A stretch of 64,000 bases of DNA from an uncultured Gemmataceae bacterium. Its GTDB lineage: Bacteria; Planctomycetota; Planctomycetia; Gemmatales; Gemmataceae. Of this stretch, positions 29,428 through 38,600 are shown in pieces (positions within the stretch are counted from its first letter, which is position 1; every line of letters begins with the position of its first letter). The DNA lies in NCBI GenBank assembly GCA_963750165.1, contig CAVVPN010000003.1, forward strand, positions 2,464,001 through 2,528,000, read 5' to 3'. Below the pieces are notes generated by a model. That model saw only the letters and a program-made list of their open reading frames with translations. It searched no databases and was not told where the DNA came from. Both the position numbers and the translations under genes were made by a program.

Positions 29428-30761
29428 GTCAGGATGTTCCACAGGTTGGGGTTGTTCAGACGGTCCTGGTGGCTGCTGGTTTTTGGAGCCGGGTCGGCGT
29501 GCCGGTCCTGCCGGCGCAACCGGGCCAGGAAGCGGGCGTCGATACGCGAGATGAGGTAGCGCAGGGCCGCCAGGGCATGGTTGTCGGCGTCGAGCGGCTT
29601 CTCGGCCTGGTCGGCGGCGCCCTCGTCGGGGTAGCGATAGCGCTGCGCCTCGGCGATCAGCCGCGGACAGCCCGCCCGGCTCACGCGCAGCCGGCCCGTC
29701 CGCAGCCGGGCGGTCACCGCGGCGATGCCCAGGCGGATGTCGTTCTGGCCGGCGATGACCTTGTGGCCGGCGGCGCGCAACTCCTCGATCTCCGTGCGGC
29801 CGGCGGGGTCGGCGTACCACTCGTGGCCGGGCGGCAGCGCCCGGGCGTGCTCGTGCAGCGGCGTCTGCGTGGCGTAGCGCTCACCGAACAGGTGCAGCAC
29901 GTCGTCGCTGTCGAGCACGCCCCAGACTGCCGCGAACGGGTTGCGGAAGCCGAAGTCGATGCCGCCCACTCTGCGGCCGGTCGCGCCCTCCGGTTCGTCG
30001 GTGATGCAGCCCGGGAAGTCGGGGTAGACCAGGCCGACCAGCGCCGCGAAACAGCCCTCGTATTCCTGGGCGATCCAGTGGTCGCCGAACTTGCGGCGCT
30101 CCTCGGCGATGAAGTCGGCGGACAGCCGCGGACATTGCCACCAGGGAATGTGGATGCGCTGCCAGCGGTCGTCATCCTGCTGCCACTCGCGCCAGAAGAA
30201 GCCGCGCGGCCCGAACGGCGTGGACAGGCAGACGGTACGGCCGCGGCGCACGCCGGTCATCGGCGACACCGAGGCGTACAGGTCATCCGGGATGCGCGCT
30301 GCCTCGTCCAGGATCAGCAAATTGACGCCCTGGAAACTGCGGATGGTTTCCTCCTTGCCCGGCAGCGACACGACGCGCGAGCCGTTGGCCAGCTCCAGCT
30401 GCGTGGTCGTTTCCTTGAGGGTGCCCAGCGGCCGGCCCAGGGCGCGGTAGCCCTGCTTGACGTAGCGAAACAGTTCCATCGACTGGCGGAGGCTGCGCGA
30501 CACCAGCAGGACCAGGCTGTCGGGCTCGAACAGGGCGGTGTGCAGGGCCAGGACGCTGACGACGCGCGACTTGCCGGCGCCGCGGCAGCAGTTGAGCAGG
30601 ATTTGCCGGGCGGTCGAGAACAGCAGGTCGCGCTGCCACGGATCGGCCGTCAGGCGCTGGGCGGCCAGCAACCGTGTGGGGTCCAGGGCCAGGGCGAGCA
30701 GCTGCGGCGCGGTGTGCGCGGCGGTGCGCGGGCCGGCGGTGTGGGAGCGCGGGACGGGCAT
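29424..30761 (-). CDS. terL: Terminase large subunit
   Basis: Walker A CCRGAGKS, Walker B LILDEAA, STPFG, nuclease GGIDFGFRNP and YADPA, C-terminal DNHALAALRY. Confidence 0.9.
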   Translation of the reverse strand: MPVPRSHTAGPRTAAHTAPQLLALALDPTRLLAAQRLTADPWQRDLLFSTARQILLNCCRGAGKSRVVSVLALHTALFEPDSLVLLVSRSLRQSMELFRYVKQGYRALGRPLGTLKETTTQLELANGSRVVSLPGKEETIRSFQGVNLLILDEAARIPDDLYASVSPMTGVRRGRTVCLSTPFGPRGFFWREWQQDDDRWQRIHIPWWQCPRLSADFIAEERRKFGDHWIAQEYEGCFAALVGLVYPDFPGCITDEPEGATGRRVGGIDFGFRNPFAAVWGVLDSDDVLHLFGERYATQTPLHEHARALPPGHEWYADPAGRTEIEELRAAGHKVIAGQNDIRLGIAAVTARLRTGRLRVSRAGCPRLIAEAQRYRYPDEGAADQAEKPLDADNHALAALRYLISRIDARFLARLRRQDRHADPAPKTSSHQDRLNNPNLWNILT

Positions 30762-30874
30762 GACAGAGACCGGGAGAATGTGAGGAGGCGGGGCTCAGAA
30801 AAGCCCCGCCTGCGGGCGACGGGATGACGTGGGGTGACGACGGGGTTGCGGTTGGGGCCGCACGAACGCGGGCG

Positions 30875-31087
30875 CTAACCCGGTTGGGTTTCCTGGACGA
30901 GGCGCTCCAAATGCGCCTCAATGTCCTCCGAGCGCCAGCGCACACAGGCGCGACTGAGCCGAACCGGCGGCGGTAGCTTGCCCAGCGCTAGCCAGCGCCA
31001 GACCGTCCGCCGGCCCACCGCCAGACGCCTGGCCACCTGCTCGACCCGTAACAGGACGGGCAGGGGTTCCGGTTTTCCGTGCAACAT
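30875..31087 (-). CDS. AlpA/excisionase-like HTH regulator
   Basis: LLRVEQVARRLAVGRRTVWRWLALGKLPPPVRLSRACVRWRSEDI; RBS GGGGGAG. Confidence 0.85.
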   Translation of the reverse strand: MLHGKPEPLPVLLRVEQVARRLAVGRRTVWRWLALGKLPPPVRLSRACVRWRSEDIEAHLERLVQETQPG

Positions 31088-31122
31088 GGGCTCCCCCTTT
31101 GCAGCGTTCCACCTACATCTTC

Positions 31123-31152
31123 ATAGTAATGGACTTGTGTACACTATGTCAA
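31123..31152 (-). promoter_or_regulatory. Sigma70-type promoter of the capsid operon, with a palindrome in the spacer
   Basis: Minus strand TTGACA (31152-31147), 18 nt spacer, TACTAT (31128-31123); GTGTACAC at 31137-31144; upstream T-tract. Confidence 0.65.
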
Positions 31153-31359
31153 CAGAAAAAAAAGAGGGTGGCGCTCCGTGACACCGAACGGCGCTGCGGG
31201 GCGTGCGAAGACAGCGGAAAAAATGTGGGAAATCGCGGCCGGTGGTGCCAGGGTATTCAGGTGCTTGTGTGCGGGGTGGGGCTTTGGTAGGCTGGCCCAA
31301 TGCTTGGGCGATGCTTGCGCAGCATAAACAGATGTTCGGCGGCATAGTGGAGGCGAAGT

Positions 31360-31698
31360 ATGGCGATTCCCGAAGGCTGGACGGACGACATGAACATCCC
31401 GTTGTCGCCTGGCAGGACCGTGGAAGAAGTCGTTGAGTTCGTCATCCAGGCGGCTCTGCGCGGCACGCCGGACGAAACTACCGAGCGACTCCTTGCCGCC
31501 GAGTTTCTACTTTCGCCGGAGGACGCGGCTCTGGCGCGTGATCGAACATTCGGCGGCATCGTCCGAGCTGCGACGCGCAATCACGAGAATTGCCCACGAA
31601 GGGAGAAGGATCCTGTGGCCTGGGAGTCCTTCCAACGGGCAACGCGGGATTCGTCACTCGTTGCACGCATCTATCCGCAATACGCGCCCAAGGAGTAG
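31360..31698 (+). CDS. Hypothetical protein in an integron-cassette-like context
   Basis: RBS GGAGG; 112 aa; flanked by GTTCGGC (31334-31340) and GCCGAAC (31703-31709). Confidence 0.65.
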   Translation: MAIPEGWTDDMNIPLSPGRTVEEVVEFVIQAALRGTPDETTERLLAAEFLLSPEDAALARDRTFGGIVRAATRNHENCPRREKDPVAWESFQRATRDSSLVARIYPQYAPKE

Positions 31699-31732
31699 AA
31701 CCGCCGAACGAGGCGCTGCACCTGACCACCAA

Positions 31733-31875
31733 GTTGTGGCCCGGTCTCCCGACCGGGCCACGGCTGCGACCGAAGGTCTCCTCTTCGGGGCGCTGAAACA
31801 CAAAGGAGACCTTCGGTCCAGGCCCGTGGCTTGGTCCGGAGACCAAGCCACAACAGAGGGAGACCAAGCCACAAC
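31733..31875. repeat. ~140 bp nested-palindrome REPIN/MITE-like element, copy 2
   Basis: Same architecture and near-identical sequence to 27953-28093. Confidence 0.85.
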
Positions 31876-32152
31876 AGAGTTGAGGTTGGTCAGAACCGCT
31901 TGCAATTCCTGGCGCCGGTTCTTTTCATACCACTTGAAACTCCTGTTAAATTCGTCCGTCGGCGCCAGCTTTTGCCGTCCCTGGCATTGTACTCCCTACA
32001 ACTCACCCGTCAGGTTCCGCCACCCAGGCAAGCGCGGTAAATCGCGGATTCTGTACCTGTGACCGCGAACGCATCAGTTATAATGAAAGCCCTGGGTCGC
32101 CGGAGTCTTGGCGGCCCGCCCCGCCCGCGCCGACGCCATTCTGGAGAGGCCA

Positions 32153-35100
32153 ATGTCCCGTGCGCTATGTATCTGCCTCGGCCTGGCGGCGCTGACCCTG
32201 GTGCTGGCGGTGCGCGCTCAGGAGGGCACCAAAAACCCCGCCGACACCAAGGGCAAGCAGCCCCCCGAGGCCGGCAAGAGCGTTGTCCTCGATCCGAACG
32301 GCAAACGCATCCCCCTCGACAAAATCAAACTGCCGCCGGGCGCCGTCATTGTGCTCTGCGAGAACGCGAAGGACGCCGTGCAACTGTTCCCCAGCGCGTT
32401 CATCATGTCCGTCGAAAAGTACCAGTGGATGACCGAGCGCATCGCCGCGCTGGAGAAGCAGCTCCGGGCCGAGCGCAAGCCGCCGCACACCTGCGCTCTG
32501 CACGGCACCGTCCGCGGCGATGTCCTCGAACTGCGCGCCGAGCTGTACTTCACCACCGATCAGCCGCGCCAGGTCGTGTTCCTCGGCGGCAAGGGCGCCC
32601 AGGTCAACCAGGCGCTGTGGCGGCCGCTCGGAAAGCCGGGAGCGGGCCGCGTCGCCGCCCTGGACAACGCCCCGGATGGCTTCACCCTGCAGGTCGAAAC
32701 GCCGGGCGAATACCAGCTGTCGCTCAAGATGGAAGTGCCCATCGGCGCGGTCGTCCCGACGGACCCGGCCGCCCGCGGCTTCGAGGTTGGCCTGCCCGGC
32801 GCCGCCGTCACCACGCTGGTGCTCGACCTGCCCCTGCCGGTCAAGGAACTGCGCTGGAACAAGACCATCGAGAAGCGCACCCCGGCCGTCAAGCAAAAGC
32901 ACTGGGAGGTGACGCTCGGCAAACTCACGCAGGTGACGGTCTCCTGGAAGGAGCCGGTGGTGCCGCCCAGGAACGAGCCGCTGGTCACCGCCCGCGGTCA
33001 AATCATGGTCAAGGTTGAGGAGAACCAGATCAGCACCACCGCCGAACTGACCCTGCAGGACCTGCGCGGCCAGATCAAGGACTGGCAGCTGTGGCTGCCG
33101 CAGGGGGCCACCGTCAAGGTGACGCCGCCGGAGGGCACCAAGTTCAGCCTGGTGCCGCCCAGCAAGGCCGAACTGGTGCAAATCCACAAACTGCAACTGG
33201 AGCAGCAGACGGACGAGCCCGTCAAGGTGACCGTGACCGTGACGGCGCCGCGCGGCCAGACGCGGGTGCCGATCGGGCCGTTCGGCGTCGTCGAGGCGTT
33301 TCGCCAGGAGGGCACGATTGAGGTCCGCGCCTCGCCGGCGGCCCGCCGTGGTGTGCGGCTGAACTACCTGCGCCACCGCGACGTGGAGGAGCGCGACCTG
33401 CCGCGCGACTTGCCGGCGACCGATGTGGTGGCGCTGTTCCGCTACCACGGCATGCCGACGCCCAGCCGGCCGCTGCCCGGGCCGGACGTCTTCGTCAAGC
33501 AGCACCAGGCCCCGCTGGAAATCGAGTTGAAGCAGAACAAGGGCCGGGTCGAAACCCATGTCGAGCACACGCTGCGGCTGCGGCAGACCGAGCAGGGGCT
33601 GCGCGTGTTGGCGACGACGCGGATTCAGGCCAAGCCGCTGTACGCCCCTGTGGACTTTCTCGACGTGCAGTTGCGCCGCCCACCGCTGGAGCCCGCCACC
33701 CTCGCCGCCAGCGTGTCCGCGCCGACCGGGCTGGCCGGCCTGCCGTGGCCGGCGCTGGTTGCGGCGGCCGCGCCGCCGCTGCCGGGCGAGTGGTCGCTGG
33801 GCCGCAGCAGTTCCGGGGCGGAGTTGCAATACCTGGAAACTGGCGGCGTCAAAAACGGCCGCGCCCGCATCAAGTTCTTCGACTACCAGCCAAAGGAGTT
33901 CACCGTCGAGCTGACCGGCACCTACACGCTGCCGCCCGGAGCGCGGCGGGCGCGGCTGGTGCTGCCGCAACCGCTGGTGGACGTGGCGCACGGCGGCAAG
34001 CTGCGCGTGGAGGCCGGCGAGGAACTGGAGTTGTTGATCCGCGAGGGCGGCCTGGAGGTGGTCGCGCCGGAGCGGGACCACTACACGCTGGAGCCGGAGC
34101 AGCCGCCCGAGTTCGCGGACCTGGCCTGGCGGCCGCACCGGCCCGAGTTCCCCGTCCACGTGATCGCCGACGTGACGCTGCGGCAAGGCGCCGGCCACGT
34201 CCGCCAGCAACTGGAGTTCGGCCCCGGCACGCGCCCGGCGGCCGGCCGCCCGGACCCACGGCCGCGTCAGGTGCAACTGCGCGTCCCGGCGGGGGCCCGG
34301 CAGTTGCGGGTGATCGGCGGCGACCTGCCCGAGGCGTTCGACCCGGCCCGCGACCGAACCGTGACCGTCACGCTGTCGGCGGCGGCCGCCAGCAAACTTA
34401 CCCTGGAGTACGACTTCGCGCTGCCGCGCGGCACGCCACCGCCGAAGAACGGGGCGCCGGCCGAATCGCCGCCCTTCGAGGTGCCGCTGCTCTGGCCCGA
34501 GCAGGCCACGCGCATCGACACCAAGGTGCGCCTCTGGTGCGACGCCAACATGCTGCCGAACCTGACCGACGCCCAGGTCGCCGAGGTCGCCTGGCGCGAC
34601 CTGGGCACGGAGGTGGTGCCCGGCGTGGATCGGTTGCCGCGGCGGGTGCTGTCGAGCCCGCGGCTGGGCGTGCCGTTGTGGCTGCGCCTGGAAGTGACGC
34701 TGCCGGAGCGCGACGCCGTCGCCCGCCGCGCCCTCGTGCAGGTCGCCGTGGACGACGAGGGCACCGAGCACTACCGCGTCCGCTTCCTGCTGACCGAGCT
34801 GAACACGACGGCCCTGCGCCTCCGCCTGCCGGTGCCGCTCGCCGGCCAGCCGCAGATCACGCTGGGCGGCAAAAAGGTGCCGTGGGTGCTGACGGAGAAC
34901 GGCAGCGTTGCCCGCGTCACGGTGGAGCCGGCGCTGTACGGCGGGCCGGTCATCCTGGAGGTGGTCTACCAGCTGCCGCGCGACCACCTGCACAACGAAG
35001 GCGTTTGGCAGACTGGCCTGCACGCGCCGGAGTTCGCCGGCAACGTGCAGGTGCCGCAGGTGCGCTGGCAGGTGTCGCTGCCGGGCGGCTGGGTGCCGCT

Positions 35101-35689
35101 GGTGGCCGGCGAGGACACCGGCAGCGCCCCCCAGTGGGAGTGGCGCGGCGGCCTGCTGACGCCGCAGCCGCCGCAGACCAGCGCCCAGCTGGAAGAATGG
35201 CTGACGGCGCCGCCGTCGGAGGGGCCGCCGGTGACGCCGAGCCTGGTGCTGTCGCGCGGCGACCTGCGGCCGGTCTACCTGTATCGCGTGCCGCTGCAAC
35301 TGTGGTTCGTGCTGTGCTCCGGATTGCTGCTGTTGCTCGGCCTGGGCCTGAATTCCTCGGCGCTGTCGGCGCACACGGCCGGGCTGCTGCTGACCCTGCT
35401 CGGTCTGGCGCTGGTGGCCCTGGCGCTGTTCCTGCCTGCGGTGCTGCCCGCCGTGCTATACGGCTGCGAACCGGGGGCGGTGGTGCTGCTGGTGGTGCTC
35501 CTGTGTCAGTGGATGCTGCAGGAGCGCTATCGCCGTCAGGTGGTGTTCATGCCCGGCTTCAAGCGCCTCAAGCCGGGCTCGTCGCTGGTGCGCTCCGGCG
35601 CAGTCGGCCGGACGCGCGACGCCTCCACGGTGGACGCGCCGGCCAGCCCCGGTTCCGCTCCCGGCTCGTCCGCCAACAAAGGAAGTTGA
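32153..35689 (+). CDS. Large exported, membrane-anchored hypothetical protein (1178 aa)
   Basis: Signal peptide; long beta-rich body; ~3 C-terminal TM segments; RBS GGAGAGG. Confidence 0.8.
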   Translation: MSRALCICLGLAALTLVLAVRAQEGTKNPADTKGKQPPEAGKSVVLDPNGKRIPLDKIKLPPGAVIVLCENAKDAVQLFPSAFIMSVEKYQWMTERIAALEKQLRAERKPPHTCALHGTVRGDVLELRAELYFTTDQPRQVVFLGGKGAQVNQALWRPLGKPGAGRVAALDNAPDGFTLQVETPGEYQLSLKMEVPIGAVVPTDPAARGFEVGLPGAAVTTLVLDLPLPVKELRWNKTIEKRTPAVKQKHWEVTLGKLTQVTVSWKEPVVPPRNEPLVTARGQIMVKVEENQISTTAELTLQDLRGQIKDWQLWLPQGATVKVTPPEGTKFSLVPPSKAELVQIHKLQLEQQTDEPVKVTVTVTAPRGQTRVPIGPFGVVEAFRQEGTIEVRASPAARRGVRLNYLRHRDVEERDLPRDLPATDVVALFRYHGMPTPSRPLPGPDVFVKQHQAPLEIELKQNKGRVETHVEHTLRLRQTEQGLRVLATTRIQAKPLYAPVDFLDVQLRRPPLEPATLAASVSAPTGLAGLPWPALVAAAAPPLPGEWSLGRSSSGAELQYLETGGVKNGRARIKFFDYQPKEFTVELTGTYTLPPGARRARLVLPQPLVDVAHGGKLRVEAGEELELLIREGGLEVVAPERDHYTLEPEQPPEFADLAWRPHRPEFPVHVIADVTLRQGAGHVRQQLEFGPGTRPAAGRPDPRPRQVQLRVPAGARQLRVIGGDLPEAFDPARDRTVTVTLSAAAASKLTLEYDFALPRGTPPPKNGAPAESPPFEVPLLWPEQATRIDTKVRLWCDANMLPNLTDAQVAEVAWRDLGTEVVPGVDRLPRRVLSSPRLGVPLWLRLEVTLPERDAVARRALVQVAVDDEGTEHYRVRFLLTELNTTALRLRLPVPLAGQPQITLGGKKVPWVLTENGSVARVTVEPALYGGPVILEVVYQLPRDHLHNEGVWQTGLHAPEFAGNVQVPQVRWQVSLPGGWVPLVAGEDTGSAPQWEWRGGLLTPQPPQTSAQLEEWLTAPPSEGPPVTPSLVLSRGDLRPVYLYRVPLQLWFVLCSGLLLLLGLGLNSSALSAHTAGLLLTLLGLALVALALFLPAVLPAVLYGCEPGAVVLLVVLLCQWMLQERYRRQVVFMPGFKRLKPGSSLVRSGAVGRTRDASTVDAPASPGSAPGSSANKGS

Positions 35690-35694
35690 GCCCC

Positions 35695-38600
35695 ATGTCC
35701 CGCCACGCTGCCGTCGCGGTTCTGACTCCGCTGGCACTGCTGGCCGTGGTCGCGCTGCCACTGCTGCCGGCCGAGGCCCAACTGCAGCCGCGCCCCGACC
35801 CGCTGCCGCTGCGCCGCCTGCAAATCCCCGCCGACCGCCTCGCCGCCGAACTGGAGCGGCTGCAGAAAGGCATTCTGGTCAAGCTGCCGCGCGCGGAGTT
35901 TGAGGCGAAGGTGCGCCAGGCGGCCGATGCGCTTGAACAAATGAAGCAACCGCCGCGGCTGCTGGAGGCGCACTACCGCGCCCGGCTCGACGGGACAGCG
36001 CTGGTGGGCGCGGCGCGCTGGGTTGTCGTCAACCCGCAGCCGGGGCCGGCGGTGCTGCCGGTGCCGGAGCTGAACCTGGCGCTGCGCCCGGCCGACGCCG
36101 CCGACCCGCCCGCGCCGCTGGCGGACTTCGACGGCAAGGCGCCGGGGCTGCTGGTGGCGGAGGGCGGCACCCACACGGCCGCGTTCGCCTGGAGCCTGCG
36201 CGGCCAGAGCGAGGGCGGTGACCTGCGCTTCGTCCTGCAAGCGCCGGCCTGTCCCGTGGCGACGCTGCGGTTGACGCTGCCGCCGGACGTGACCGTGACC
36301 GCACCGCGCGGTGGGGCGCTGGTGACGGCGGCCGCTGGCCCGGCGAAGGACGCGCGCGACTGGCACGTCGGCTTTGCGGGCAAGGCACGCATCGAACTGC
36401 TGCTGCGCCGCGCCGACACGCCCGGCCGCAAGGCGGTGCTGCTGTTCCGCGTGACGGCCACACAACAACTCACGCCCGCCGGGGTCAGCGCCCGCTACGA
36501 GTTCGACATCGAGGCGCTGCACGCGGGCGTGCGCACCCTCGTCTTTGACTGCGACGCGCCGCTGCAACCCTACAAGGTGACACTCGGCAGCACCGAACTG
36601 CGCGACTGGTCGCTGTCGCCCGGCGGCGGCGTCCGGACGCTGACCGTGCCGCTGCGCGAGCCGCTGCAGGGCGTGCTGCCGCCGCTGCGGATTCACTGCG
36701 AGGCGGCGCTGCCGCGCAACAAGAAGGAAATTTACTGGGTCAGCCCGGGAGTGCGGCTGCGCGGCGCCCAGCCGCGCGGCGAGACGCTGAAGCTGCATGT
36801 GCCCAACGACGTGCGGTTGGAGAAGTGGATGCCGAAAGACTTCCGCCTGACCGGCCTGGCCGTGGAGGCCGACGACGTGCAGGTGCTGACGCTGCAGGAG
36901 AATCTGCCGCCGAAGGTCGCCCCGGCGCGGCCGAGTGCCGGGCTGCGGATGCCGGTCGTGCAGGTGCTGACGCGGCAGGCGACGTGGTGGCAGGTCGGAC
37001 CGGCCGGCTCGACACTGACGGCGGCGGTGGACTACCGCGTCGCCCAGGGCCGGCTGTTCCGGTTGCTGCTGAAACTGCCGGACCCAGGCTGGCAGGTCGA
37101 GGACGTGAAGCTGGAGCCGGACGGCCTGCTGCGCACCTGGGGCCCGACCGGCCCGCAGGCGGCGGCGACGCTGGCCGTGGACCTGCAACGGGCGCTGACG
37201 CCGCAGACACAGGCCAAACTGACGGTGCGGCTGCGTTCGCCGCGCGGCCGCAACGTGCCGGCCACCGGGCTGACCCTGTCCCTGCCCGACCTGAAGCCGC
37301 TGGACGGCCCGTGGCGCGAGGGCGTGCTGGCGGTCAGCGTGGACCCGCGCTTCCGCGTGACGCCGCCACCAGGGGCGCAACCAGCGGCGGTGAAGGAGCA
37401 GGACGGCCCCTGGGGTCGCGCCCCGCTCAACTTCGCCTTCACGTTCCGCGACAAGGCTCCGGCGGGCAAGCTGCGTCTGGCTCCGCACGAGCCGCGGTTG
37501 CACGCCCGCTGCCAGACCGAGCTGGCCGCCGGCTCGACCGGTCCCGGCCGGGTGACACTGCAACTGCACCTGGAGCCGCTGCTGGGCACGCCGGAACAGG
37601 TGGACTTCCTGCTGTCGGCGCCGGCCGGGCCGTGGAAAATCGGCGCCGCGACACCGCCGGGCCTGGTCCGCGACCTGCGCCGGTTGCCTGCCCTGGAGGC
37701 GGTGCCGGCGCTGCTGGCGCTGGGCGACCGGCGGGGCGTCGGAGCAACGGCGACGCTGCTGGCCGCCGAGTCGTGTGGCGAACGCTGGCGACTGACGCTG
37801 GCCCGACCGCTGACCCGGCGCGAGACCATCACGCTGGAAGCGGCGCAGCCCGCGCCAGCCGGCGCCGGCAAGGCCGGGGAGCAGACCTGGCAGGTGCCGC
37901 TGGCGACGGTGCTCGGAGCAGACCGCCTGGAGGGCGAGGTGACGCTGCACCTGGTCGCCGCTGAAGTCGTGGCGGTGCGCGCCAGCGGCGTCCACGAGCA
38001 GGGCCGCGCCGGCCCGCGGCCGGCGAAGCGCAGTGCGGTGGCTCACGACGCCTGGCGGCTGTTCGACTATGGCACCGCCCTGTCCGCCGGCCAACTGCCG
38101 CGCCTGGAGGTGCGGACGCGCCCATTGCCGGGAGACCGCTCGGTGCGCGAATTCTGCGACGAGGCGGCGCTGACGACCTCGCTGGAGCCCGACGGGTTGG
38201 TGCTGAACCACTACCGCTTTCGTCTGTGGAACTGGCGGCGGCATGAGGTGCCGGTGCTGCTGCCGGCCGGCGCGACGCTGCTGGCGGTCAAGGTCGAGCA
38301 CGGCTGGAAGGTGGCGGCGCGACAGCAGACGGTCGCGGACGGCGTGCGCGTCGATCTGCCAGCGCCGGCCGGCCCGGCGGTTCACCACTTCGAGATCACC
38401 TACGCGACCGGTGAACGCTGGTCACCCGGGGCGCTGGCGGCGACGCTGACGGCGCCGGCGCCGCGGCTGCCGGTGCCGCCGGCCGGCTTCCGCCGGCTGT
38501 GGCGGCTGCCGGTCGGTGTCGTGCCGCTGGGCGGCGTGCGGCGGCTGCCGGACGCGCTGGGCGGCGAGCAGGGGCCGTGGTGGGCGGCGGTGCGGCGGGC

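Larger units (their letters stand above)
17322..31152 (-). mobile_element. Tailless HK97-type capsid/packaging gene cluster (domesticated prophage, GTA-like or cf-PICI-like)
   Basis: Co-oriented terL, portal, protease, major capsid, connector, adaptor genes, parB-like, ABC-GNAT and terS-like. No integrase, replication or tail tube/tape-measure genes recognised. Confidence 0.85.

Noticed and set aside
17283..31340. attL/attR direct repeats or a tRNA integration site bounding the capsid cluster
   Set aside because: No matching direct repeat, tRNA or integrase found by eye at either end.
33745..35694. 5' part of the 2833 aa ORF, plus other long antisense or alternate-frame ORFs (44-1849, 11174-13660, 32165-35374, 35536-38388)
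   Set aside because: Shadow ORFs typical of high-GC DNA; they overlap well-supported genes and give Arg/Gly/Ala-rich nonsense.
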